64,000 nt of DNA. Origin: Mobula hypostoma. Lineage: Eukaryota. The stretch is taken from the NCBI RefSeq assembly GCF_963921235.1, contig NC_086108.1:35652001-35716000 (forward strand), in the 5' to 3' direction. The translations under genes and the position numbers were made by a program. Below are positions 27,701 through 38,645 of this stretch, piece by piece (positions within the stretch are counted from its first letter, which is position 1; each line of letters starts with the position of its first letter). Under the pieces are notes generated by a model, which worked only from the letters and a program-made list of their open reading frames with translations, did no database searches and was not told the DNA's origin.

Positions 27701-28694
27701 GTCAAAGTGTGGAGGAGGACAGAGAGAGTGAGTTGGGCTATGGTGCTGAAATGGAAGGTCAGGGGGAGCTTACCAAATAGAAGGTCCCTACTCTCTACGC
27801 AGTGGTGCTATTTTCCCAGACGCAGTGGGCATTTGACGCATAGGTGATCGGCGGCTCCACAGTAAGTACACAAGTTGATTCTCCAATGATGCAGGTGTTC
27901 TTGTGGGATTAAGGGAGCTCTCCCTAACTACATGGGTTCTGGAGGCATTGTTGATGAGGGGCCTGCAGCCTGGAACGGTTCTGGGAATGGGACTGGGATT
28001 CTGGCTGGTGATCTGGGGGGTCGTTCCATAAGACACTGGACAATTTGGAGAGCCAGAGTGATTAGGCTTTTGAAGTCAAGGGCATCCCTGGGTGGACAGC
28101 TTGACTTTCAAGTCCACTAAGAGGCTGAAGTGGTAATGGACTATCGGCCCTCATCCATTTCAGCCACACTCTGCTAAAAGGGTGCAAAATTCCATGGTGT
28201 AATGTAGCACTGAGCGTGAACCTTGATGCAGGCGGAGTATCCATTCCACTGTCCATTTCCAGTTCCTGGATGGTCAAAAACCTGGTGCATCTCTGTGGTA
28301 TATTCCTCATATTTATTGCAAATGGTAGTTTTATTGTCCCAGTTGGCAGTGGTCCAAGTCAGAGCTTGCCCAGTCAAAAAAGAGGTGATGAAGGCAATCT
28401 TGGCTCAGCGCATAGGGTACAAAAATGGCTAGAGCTCAAAGTGTAAGATGCACCGGGACTGGAAATTGCAGCATTAGTTTGGGAATCCATTGAAGCAATG
28501 GACACCAGAATCCAGGGCAGAGGGAGGCGGTTGACTGTTGCAGAGTTACTGTATTGAAGGAGGGTTGGAAGAGAATACGAGCGGATGGTTAATAGTTTCC
28601 TACTGATTCTAGATGGTGCGCTCGTGCCAGCGGATGAGTTCCTTTAGGTGAGCATATTCTGCTAGGTCAATCAAGGACCTACCCATTCTGTCCC
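24797..28694 (-). mobile_element. Ty3/Gypsy chromovirus-type (sushi/PEG10-like) internal region, decayed gag-pol
   Basis: Knuckle CTYCGAADHLCVKC (27829-27870), LPFHRPHDY.LDLL, RNase H DVGAGTILSQ, NIKADALS, integrase VVDQFSK and DVVSDWGPQF, C-terminal chromodomain QYL..GYGPEERSW. Confidence 0.92.
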
Positions 28695-30515
28695 TGTCAG
28701 ACCTGCACAGTCAGGCACCTCACAGTCTCCACCCAGCTAACAAAGTCACCTGTGGTATGTTTCCAACTCGTCATCTACAGTAGTGCTCAACAACCTTTTT
28801 AAGTCCAAGATCCCCTACCTCGACCTTAGTGAAAGGCAAGATCTACCTACTAAATCGTTTAGAGAAAAAGCAGCTCAGATTGTACTTCTAATTTGAGGCC
28901 TTTTATTTGGGCTAATTGTATTTGAATTACACAAAATACTTCTGTCAAACTTTCAAATTAATTCAAACAAGAAAACACTGTAACTAGCATATCAAACAGG
29001 CCATAATATTCTTTAAGAATATTACAATACTTCACACCTTTAATTCTAAGTTTCATTATTTACTTTTATTTGAACTCGAAAAATAAATGAATAAAAATTG
29101 ACTGTTGCACTCAGTGTGATGACTGGGGCTGAATACTTTCTGCTAGTTCCCTGAAATTTGGCTCATAACTACAGACAGCCAGTTTGAGAGGTGTCTGTAA
29201 GACAGCTCCTGTACGTAGATTTAATAATTTTCATGCAATTTCACATAGATAAGTTGACCCAAAGTAGGCACTAACTTTCAGTGCTATAAAACCAATGCAC
29301 ACACTGCGCATTGCTAGGGCCCCATCAGTTGTAATTGCCACCAGTTTATGAATGGGGGTGTCATTTTCATGAGCATATTTTTAAAACTCATTGTAAATAT
29401 CCTCACCTCTTGTTCTCTCCTTTAATTGCAAAAGAGTGAGGAAGTCCTCCTTTGTTGTGAAATCCTGGAAAGCCATTCTGACAAGTACAAGCTGGGCTGT
29501 TTCCATTACATCCAGTGATTCACCAAACTGTAGTGAAAAATATTCACAGAGTGACAAGTTGATCCATGTCCTCTGACAGTGACTCTACCCCCCTTGTCAC
29601 TGTTGCAGGGCCAAGCGGTATATTATGCATTGCGGTTGCGATGTCGTTTTTGTTTTTAAATTCATTAAAAACACTGTGGTAATGGCCATTGCTTCCTTGA
29701 ATAAATGACCGTCCATAAAAGGCTTCTTGTGTTTAGCCAAAAGGTGACTTACACGAAATGATGCTTCAATAGCAGCCTTATTTTGAGCAGCAAGTTTTGT
29801 AAAAAACAATGCTGGGCCTTCAGCCCTGATTTCAGCTCCTCAACTTTCCAGGCACAAATTGCGCTCATTGGGGGGTTAAAGCTAAAGTCTGCCCCGAGCC
29901 TTGTGGCCCAACAGGCCAATGCTTATGACGGTTTCTGTGGCAATTGCTGATTGCGTCGCCTCTGATCTGCGCCGACATTTACGTGCCAGGTGGCACCTAA
30001 TTAATTAGCTTGTTTATTTCGGCTTTTTTTCTTAAAGATGTGCTGGGTGGGCTCCGGATACCCCTGCACCCCTGCACCCCTGCATGCCTTGCAGCCCGGT
30101 ATCGGTCCACGGCCCGACGGTTGGGGACACTGCCGTATATTGATGTTTGCGAAAGTCTGTACTCTTATCTAATCTAATTGGTCGCTTTGATGCCACACAA
30201 GCTACGCTGAAAATGTGGTGCATGGCGGGGGAACTATACACGTGCGCACTGGGCAGAAAGAACGGAACTGAAACCCCGCAACCCAGAAACAATTGCTCTT
30301 TATAAACAGCGTTCAATAGCAAAAGTATTGCTAAATTACCATTATCCTAATTAGTATTACTTATTTTTATAATGCTCACACTACAACAATATTTGTGTTT
30401 TTATTTTTTATTTTTTTCGGGATTTACTGGGAAAGTCTCAAAGATCGACGGGTTGGCGACCCCTAATCTGCAGCCTATTTAAACCCAGCTCTCATCCACA
30501 GTCCTGCTTCACTCA
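28695..30515 (+). repeat. Partial LTR copy (28695-28780 plus 30474-30515) in opposite orientation to the 3' LTR, split by a hAT element
   Basis: TGTCAGACCTGCACAG...CTCCACCCAGCTAACA and CCTATTTAAACCCAGCTCTCATCCACA match the reverse complement of 24522-24796. Confidence 0.8.
28781..30465 (-). mobile_element. hAT (Charlie-like) DNA transposon, internally deleted, containing a nested hAT-like end near 29890-30132
   Basis: Imperfect TIRs TAGTGCTCAACAACC / TAGGGGTCGCCAACC; 8-bp TSD ATCTACAG/ATCTGCAG; transposase remnants EASFRVSHLLAKHKKPF.DG and FGSTYLCE. Confidence 0.9.
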
Positions 30516-30962
30516 CCCTGTCTGGAAATGTGATATTCTATATTACCATATTCTATTTTAGCATTAATGATGATGATGCAACAAAGGAGCAAGTGTGATA
30601 TAAACAAGAATTAAATGAAATGTTAATTAAATTAGATTAGGTACGGGCAGGAAGAGCCTCACATGGACCGCAAATAAGACATAAGACAATTTGAATGACC
30701 TTTTTCTGTAGCATCAATTCAACATAATTCTTTGAAATTATCCACAATACACAATCTCCTGTGGTGATAAAACAAGCAATAAATGTTCCTTAAACGTGCT
30801 TCAAATCCAGCAACTGTATTCACTTACCAGGGGTTACTTCCTCTGGGTGCATTTCATAAAATGTTAGGTGAACATTTTACTTCCAGTCAGCAGATTTAAT
30901 ATTTAACTGATCACAAAAGTGAGGGGTTGAAGACTAAACACATTGAATTTCTACATTCACAG

Positions 30963-31028
30963 AACTCAACCAGGTGGTTTGCCTCTTCAGCTTAAGGACC
31001 AAGAGAAGGCTAAGAAGATGGCAATAGA
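30963..31028 (+). CDS. Probable RGS N-terminal exon (TQPGGLPLQLKDQEKAKKMAIE)
   Basis: CACAG acceptor and GA|GTGAGT donor; the phase-2 end joins the next exon in frame. Confidence 0.6.
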
Positions 31029-31071
31029 GTGAGTTAGCATTTATTTTAACACACTTTCTCTACATTAAGTA

Positions 31072-32240
31072 CACTGGACAACAAAGATGTCGCTCCCTGA
31101 ATACTTTTGACTGCACCTTATGGATTCTTGCCTGTTGATCATGAAAATCGCCATGAAATTTCCCTCACACACACCATTTTTTTTAATCGCCTATATTTGT
31201 TATTTCAATTCATAATTCATATCAATTAAAATGTTACCCACAATATAAGCTGAAAAGTTTTCTATCTTGTCTGTACATGCCTGGGCATGCTCAGACAGGG
31301 TGGATGCTGCATAGCAGGACAGGTTTTAGAAAGGCTATAAAAGTATCACACACACACCATTCTATAAATTTTGTTTACATATATTGGTTTGCAATCTAAT
31401 TGATAGAATCTGCTGTCACCAGGCACAAAAACTCGTTAAGCAGGTAGTTCCAGGGCAGAAAAGTGTGGCACTTGTAGACCAAACAGAAATATTTTTGCCT
31501 TCTCTTCATATAAAACAGGGGCTTATGAAAAATTTTGTGACAGGACAAGGAAGGTGAAGGGTTTCAATATTTGAGACAAATGTTTCCCAGAACAACTGAT
31601 GCCAAGATTAAAGAAGGCATTTTTGCTGGTTCACAAAAAAAACAAGCCATCAATGATAGGCAGTTCGAAAAACCCCTAGTGAGACCAGAGAAAATTGAAT
31701 AGAAGGCATTCAAGGATGTTGCTGAAAAATTTCTTGGCAATTACAGATCACCAATCTACGTACAGCTGGTTGACAACATGCTTCAAGCATACAAAACCAT
31801 GAAGTGCAACATGTTACTAAAAATTAATTTACTACATCCTCATTTAGATCTCTTCCCTGCAAATCTTGGCAATGTTAGTGATGAGCATGGTGAAAAGTTT
31901 CACCAGGACATTGCGGTCATGGAGAAATGGTATCAAGGCAACTAGAATTCATCAATGCTGGCTGATTATTGTTGGACGTTTAAGGGAGAAACCTCTAACA
32001 CCAAGTACAAATGAAAATTATCAATAACACATTTTTAGCTCAGTTGAACTGTTGCAAAGCATCAGCACCATCATGCAATTAAACACATTATATTCAATAA
32101 AAGTTAATTTCTCATTTCTCCAGACTTCTACGTGATACAAGTAGTCTGAAATTATATTTATGCTCATCTTCAAGTTTTCTATCATAACCACAAAAAACAC
32201 TGATAAAGCAATACTTTCAAAAGAAATTAGCTGTCCGGTG
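31072..32240 (+). mobile_element. Chapaev3 (CMC) DNA transposon, internally deleted
   Basis: Termini CACTGGACA...TGTCCGGTG, flanks GTA/TTA, motif SDEHGEKFHQDIAVME; homologous to 54522-56272. Confidence 0.85.
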
Positions 32241-32408
32241 TTACTGTTTGAAAGATGAGTATGTATTTTTGGAATAAATCATATGCAATGATGATACCAA
32301 AATTCTGTTACCATTAAGGGATGCATGGATCAAAAATTAATTTATGTGTTGGTTTCTCTGAGGAAAGAGTTTCAAAGTTGGCAATTGTAACCTGTTCTTA
32401 TCTAATAG

Positions 32409-32470
32409 GGTGACTCTTGAAGAGGCATTACTGTGGTCTGAGTCTGTGGATAATTTACTATATCACAAAG
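32409..32470 (+). CDS. RGS21-like R4 RGS exon (VTLEEALLWSESVDNLLYHK)
   Basis: 62-nt AG/GT exon encoding RGS helices 1-2, in frame with the next exon. Confidence 0.92.
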
Positions 32471-32711
32471 GTAAGCAAAGATTAACCACTATGAAAAGTT
32501 AAGGAGAATATACAGTTCATTTCTTTTCTTGCCTTGTTAAAAGCATTTTATAAGTTTATTCTTGGAGAGTGGTTTCCTTCTGTAAATTACCATGGATTCC
32601 CTTTACCCTTCACTCTCTGCTAACGTCACCCCTTTCCTGTGCACCTAACACCCTGTCCACCCCCTCAAATTTCTTTGCAACAAGGCACTCAATAGAAATG
32701 GAACAAAACAA

Positions 32712-33715
32712 AATTACCAGAAAGCCCTGTTTCTCCCAACTATCCTTGTATCATCTGCAAACTTAGCCACAAAGCCATTGATTCCATCATCCAAATCAAT
32801 AAGAAATAATGTGAAAAGAAGCAGTCCCAACACTAACCCTTGTGGCACGCCACTAGTCACTGGCAGCCAACCAGAAAAGGTCCCCTTTATTCCCACACTT
32901 TACCTGCTACCAGTCAGCCAATTATACATCCATGCTACTACCTCTCCTGCAACAACATGATCTTTTATCTTGTTAAGCAGCCTCACTTGTGGCACCTTGT
33001 GAAAGGCTTTCTGAAATTCCAAATAAACAACATCCACCAACTTGCGCTTGTCTATCCTGCTTTTTATTTCCTCAAAGAATTCCAGCAGATTTGTCAAGCA
33101 AGATTTCCCCATGAGAAAACCATGCTGACTTTGGCCTATTTTATCATGTGCCTCCAATTACCCTGAAACCTCATGCTTATAATGGACTCCAACATTGTCC
33201 AGTCACTGAAGTCAGGTTAACTGGCTATAATTTCCTTTCTTCTGCCTCCCTCCCTTCTTAACAAGTGGAGTGACATTTGCAATTTATACAGTCCTCCAGA
33301 ACCATTCCAAAAACTAGTGGTTCTTGAAAGATCATTACTAATGCCTTCACAATCTCTTTAGCTACCTCTTTCAGGTCCCTGGGATTCTATACTTTTTGTA
33401 TCCTCTATTGTATTATTGGCTAGCTTACCTTCATATTTCATCTTTTCTCTCGTTATTGCTCTTAGCTGCCTACTGTTGATTTTTAAAAGCTTCCCAATCT
33501 TCTACTTTTTTTGTAATATTTTATGTGCTCTTTTGGCTTTTATGGTGTCTTTGACTGTCCATGTCAGCCACAGTTGCCTCATCCTCCCTTTAGAATACTT
33601 CGTTATCTTTGAGGTGTATCTTTCCAGTGCCTTCCAAATTTCCCTCAGAAATACCAGCCGTTGCTGTTTTGCCATCATCCCTACTAGTGTCCCATTCCAA
33701 TCAGCTTTATCCAGC
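32712..33715 (-). mobile_element. CR1 ORF2 fragments, intronic
   Basis: [32 protein letters not shown] and KFADDT. Confidence 0.9.
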
Positions 33716-33996
33716 TCCGTACCTGACTTATGGTCATTGGAGTTTCCATGCAGGCCATAAAGCAACCAATGAGAATGCTTTCCACTGCATAAAATGTATC
33801 TGGAGGGAGATTGTGGCTCAGAGGAATAACTGCTACTGAATGAACCACATCTAACATTATTAATGCATTGAACTTACCTTTTGAATCCACAGATGAACAG
33901 TGACTTACAGAAAGTGACCAATACTTTCCATTTTTGTTTGTAGCATGCCCAGTCACATTTCCATTATTCTGCTAAGTCTTCATTCCTTGTTCTCAG

Positions 33997-34163
33997 CTGG
34001 CCAGGTTGCTTTCAGAAACTTCCTCAGGAAAGAATTCAGTGAGGAGAACATTGACTTCTGGCTTGCCTGTGAGGCTTACAGGAAGATCAATTCTCCTGAG
34101 AAGATGGCTTCTACGGCCAGGAAGATTTATTCTGAATTCATAAAAGTTGAGGCCCCTAACGAG
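33997..34163 (+). CDS. RGS21-like R4 RGS exon, RGS box core
   Basis: 167-nt AG/GT exon: [29 protein letters not shown]...[13 protein letters not shown]. Confidence 0.97.
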
Positions 34164-34296
34164 GTATGGAATTTGGTTTCATTGCTTTAGCACTAACTTC
34201 AGATGAAGTGACAGGTGGAATCTTTTTATCACATTGTTCTAAATTCACAGTTTTAAAGCTTACACCTTTATCCAATTTTCTCCATCACTCCTTTTA

Positions 34297-35115
34297 CAAG
34301 GAGTGATTGATAAGTTCATGACCTAAGGTAGAAGGAGTCAATTTTAGAAAACCTAGCACATTTATTTTTCAACATAGTCCCCTCCTACATGTACACACTT
34401 AGTCCAGCAGTCGTGGAGCACACGAATCCCTTCTCTGTAGAAGTGGTCTACAACAGGGGTGATTGATAAGTTTGCGGCTTAAGGTAGAAGGAGATGAGTT
34501 ATTAACTTCAAACTTTCTGCATTATCACTCGAAGAGGTATATAAAATTATGATGGGTATAGATAGAGTGAATGCAAGCAGGCTTTTTCCACTGAGGCAAG
34601 GGGAGAAAAAAACCAGAGGACATGGGTTAAGGGTGAGGGGGGAAAAGTTTAAAGGGAACATTAGGGGGGGCTTCTTCACACAGAGAGTGGTGGGAGTATG
34701 GAATGAGCTGCCAGACGAGGTGGTAAATGCGGGTTCTTTTTTAACATTTAAGAATAAATTGGACAGATACATGGATGGGAGGTGTATGGAGGGATATGGT
34801 CCATGTGCAGGTCAGCGGGACTGGGCAGAAAATGGTACGGCACAGCCAAGAAGGGCCAAAGGGCCTGTTTCTGTGCTGTAGTTTCTATGGTTCTATGGTT
34901 CTATGCACGTGCATGTAACGAGAGCATCTTGGACCTCCAGGTGGTCCACAGCAGGGGTGATTGATAAGTTCATGGCCTAAGGTAGAAGGAGATGAGTTAT
35001 ACAGCTCCCATTACATGTACGTGGAGTTCAATTCTTTGAGTGAAAATGCAGAAAGTTTGAAGTTAATAACTCATCTCCTTCTACCTTAGGCCACGAACTT
35101 ATCAATCACCTCTCG
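34297..35115. mobile_element. Non-autonomous Tc1/mariner element with internally repeated TIR motif
   Basis: TA on both sides; TIR motif GTGATTGATAAGTT...AAGGTAGAAGGAG at ~34302, 34459, 34957 and inverted at ~35075-35115. Confidence 0.85.
34537..34905 (+). mobile_element. CR1 3' end nested in the mariner element
   Basis: FFTQRVVGVWNELP and (GTTCTATG)n tail. Confidence 0.92.
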
Positions 35116-36130
35116 TAAATGCCACTGACTTAACAACCTTCCATGAACTTAGTCACTTGTCTTCCTTTGCCTCACTTTCCTCATTTTTGTTGTCATTCCT
35201 TCAGCAAGACAGGTCCTGGACATGTCTACTATATCCACCTTTCCCTCCTCTTTAAGATGCTCCCTAAACCCTTCATTCTTTGAGCGAGCTACCCTACAGA
35301 AGCTTTCCTTTACTTACTCTTTCACTAAAATATATTTCCATTAAGTATCTAAAGAAATTTGGGATATTTTAACAAAATAGAAGTTCAGTCTCAATGAAAG
35401 TTATATGGTTTGATTTTCTGTGGTATGAATGGGAATTATATTTACCTGCACACCACCTTTTTAACAAGTTACAGCTTGACAAAATTTGAAAACCATGAAA
35501 ATTCCCTGCAGATTCTTTCAACATCCTAGGAAGCGCCTGCGGCTAGCAGCCTCCTCCCTCAACATATGGTGCCCAAAGCTGCAGCTGTCTATTTTCAACT
35601 GCACATAGAGAGGGGTGGGGACATGGATTCTAACCCTCTAGGAGGATCAGGAGATAAGTACTCATAAATGATGCCAATTCACCTACTTACATCAGAGCGT
35701 GAGCAAAATATATCCAGGAGAGGCACACTGACAAGTACTTATTAAGAAGTGAGTTAACAATTGTTTAGGCCTTCAGCTATGTGCCTGTAGGTCCATGGAG
35801 CAGTCAAGGCAGCAAAATCATCATTGCAGCTTGTCAGTGGTAAGGTGTACTATGTGTTGAAATGATAACATGGCATTCTTTGAATGCATTACCCACGGCT
35901 TACACATCAAGGTCAAGAACCCAGTTATTAGCAGCTAGCCTTTAGCATCCAAATGTCAGATATAATTTGTCCCCATAACACAGCAGACCGCTGCAGTCTG
36001 AAGGGACATGACAACTGCCAGAATATCAGGACCAACCTGGGTATGGTGACACAGGGCAAACTGAAGCATCTTGTCCGAGGTTTATTCCAGAGTTGATTAG
36101 CAATACCCAGAAAATGACATGCTGTACATA

Positions 36131-37110
36131 CAACACACACAAAAGGCTGGTGGAACGCAGCAGGCCAGGCAGCATCTATAGGAAGAAGTACAGTCGACAT
36201 TTTGGGTCGAGACCCTTCGTCAGTACTAACGGAAAAAAGAGATAATAAGAGATTTGAAAGTGGGAGGGGGAGGGGGAGATCTGAAATGATAGGAGAAGAC
36301 AGGAGGGGGAGGGATGAAACCAAGAGCTGGGAAGTTGATTGGCAAACGGGATACAAGGCTGGAGAAGGGGGAGTATCATGGGACGGAAGGCCTTGGAAGA
36401 AAGAAAGGGGGAGGGGAGCACCAGAGGAAGATGGAGAACAGGCAAGGAGTTATTGTGAGAGGGAAAGAGAGCAAAAAATATATATGTCTAAATAAATAAA
36501 TAAGGATGGGGTAAGAAGGGGAGGAGGGGCATTAGCAGAAGTTAGAGAAATCAATGCTCATGCATTGAATATAAGGTGTTGTTCCTCCAACCTGAGTGTG
36601 TCTTCATCTCGACAGTAGAGGAGGCCATGGATTGACATATCAGAATGGGAATGGGGGGATGTGGAATTAAAATGTGTGACCCATCTTACCCCATCTTTCT
36701 TTCTTTCTTTCTTTCTTTATTTATTTAGATTTTTTTTCTCTCTTTCCCTCTCACAGTTACTCCTTGCCCGTTCTCCATCTTCCTCTGGTGCTCCCCTTCC
36801 CCTTTCTTTCTTCCAAGGCCTTCCATCCCATGATCTTCCCCCTTCTCCAGCCTTGTATCCCGTTTGCCAATCAACTTCCCAGTTCTTGGCTTCATCCCTC
36901 CCCCTCCTGTCGCCTCCTATCATTTTGGGTCTCCCCTCCCCCTCCCACTTTCAAATCTCTTACTAGCTCTTTTTTCCTTTAGTCCTGACAAAGGGTCTCG
37001 ACCTGAAACGTCCTGTACTTCTTCCTATAGACCCTGCCTAGCCTGCTGCATTCCACCAGCATTTTGTGTGGGTTGCTTGAATTTCAAGCATCTGCAGATT
37101 TTCTTGTGTG
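36131..37110. mobile_element. Penelope-like element remnant with inverted terminal repeats
   Basis: Arms 36131-36516 and 36684-37075 are reverse complements; the spacer encodes HSDMSIHGLLYC...RLEEQHLIF on the minus strand; hammerhead-like motif in each arm. Confidence 0.85.
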
Positions 37111-37484
37111 TGTTCTACATGCAGTCTTCATGGCATCACAGTACTTGCTGCCCTTTGCCTAGAGGTATAAAGAACAGTCAGCTTTCTTAGAATGGATTCA
37201 CTGACCCACCTACCCAGCGGTGGATGACGAACTGTCAGATGTTGTCAGTATCTCAAGCTTTTGCCCGAAAGTTGCAAGGGTTTGATGCCATTGTTTCCAG
37301 GTAGAAGTGAACATAACCAAGGGTCATTTTCCCAGTCCTTCCAGTAAGACAAGATGAGATAATGGATTTCAAGTCTTTGATAAGGCCCTTTGTTGGAGGA
37401 CCCAACCCGATTCACATCAATTCATATCCAGCAATTTTTTTAGGAGATATCTTCAAGTTCCTCCTCACAACAAGCAATGAATAT

Positions 37485-37742
37485 TTATTTATTTTTATTT
37501 ACTTAGAGATACATCACTATAACAGACCCGTCGGACCCACCGTGCTTGTGCCACCCAATTACACCCATGTGACCCACTAACTCGCACATCCTTGGAACGT
37601 GAGGGGAAACCAGAGCACCCAGAGGAAACCCATATAGCCATGTGGAGAATGTACAAGCTTCCTACAGTCAGTGGCAAAGTTGAACCCGGTTCGCTGGCAC
37701 TGTAATAGCAGTATGCCAACCTCTCTGCTGCCGGGCCGCCCC
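37485..37742 (-). mobile_element. V-SINE
   Basis: tRNA-like head and V-domain GGGTTTCCTCTGGGTGCTCTGGTTTCCCCTCACGTTCCAAGG. Confidence 0.8.
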
Positions 37743-38139
37743 CAATATTCTTTCCAAAGAATACTCCTTACAAAGCCCTCTTTTTTTGTTTCTAACTCTT
37801 TCCTGAGTCGGTTTGCAATGTGGACAGGTAGTACATTTGTCCATCGCCTCATCGAGATCTTTATCTAAGCTTAGCCGGTAAACAAAACTTCTAGCAGTTG
37901 GCTTCATGACTGGAATGTTCAGGGTGAAGTTCTTCCAAAGTCTGTCTTTTTGACATGCTTGGCCTGACAACTGTGTGTTCCCATTAGGCAAAACTTTGTT
38001 CCATTAGCCACTCATATGCATAGAGTCATCAAATCATGCACCACCTTGTCCATGCTGAACTTTTCCCCATCTACACTCATCACATTTACCCATATGTGTT
38101 CGTCCATTGTCATCAACGAGGACCTCAACACCATTATGA

Positions 38140-38645
38140 TGGTGTCGAGACCAGCGCGTGACTTGGATTTAAGTGAGGGAGAGTTGCGCAGTGTCAGCCT
38201 CACACTCTCTTCCCAATTCCCATCTGGATCCAGTGGCAAGACAAAGTCGAGACGGCTGGAGACGGGACTAGGCTCAGTGGATGACCAGGACGTCTTCTGT
38301 GTCTTGTCCTGCTCTACACGTTCTACAACGCTTGCAGAGACCATCTTCTTGACCGTTGGACCTTCCATTGGTCTCGTCCTCTCAATCCGCTGGAGTCTGT
38401 CCTCACATGCTGGGATAGACAGCTCCCTGTCTCACCGAGGGATTGAGACCCGTCGGCTACCCTCACCTGGTTTAGCCGGCTTGCCAAAGCCATTGACCGG
38501 CATGTGGCTGCTGTCGCATGCAAACAGCTACGGGGAGCCACAGATGAGACCTGAGTGCCAGGTTGGGACCAAAGGTAGACTAACCGCCTTGAAAAGGATG
38601 CAACATGTTCCCCCACCAGAGGTGCTGGCCTTCCCTGACACCCCA
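38140..38645 (-). mobile_element. GC-rich interspersed repeat, possibly RTE-related non-autonomous element
   Basis: CpG-rich block sharply distinct from AT-rich flanks; family assignment is only a resemblance. Confidence 0.35.

Noticed and set aside
33945..34190. 81-aa ORF as a standalone gene
   Set aside because: It is one internal exon plus intronic read-through; splice sites bound it at 33997 and 34163.
35928..37190. Paired similar ORFs on opposite strands
   Set aside because: A consequence of the Penelope inverted repeat, not duplicated genes.
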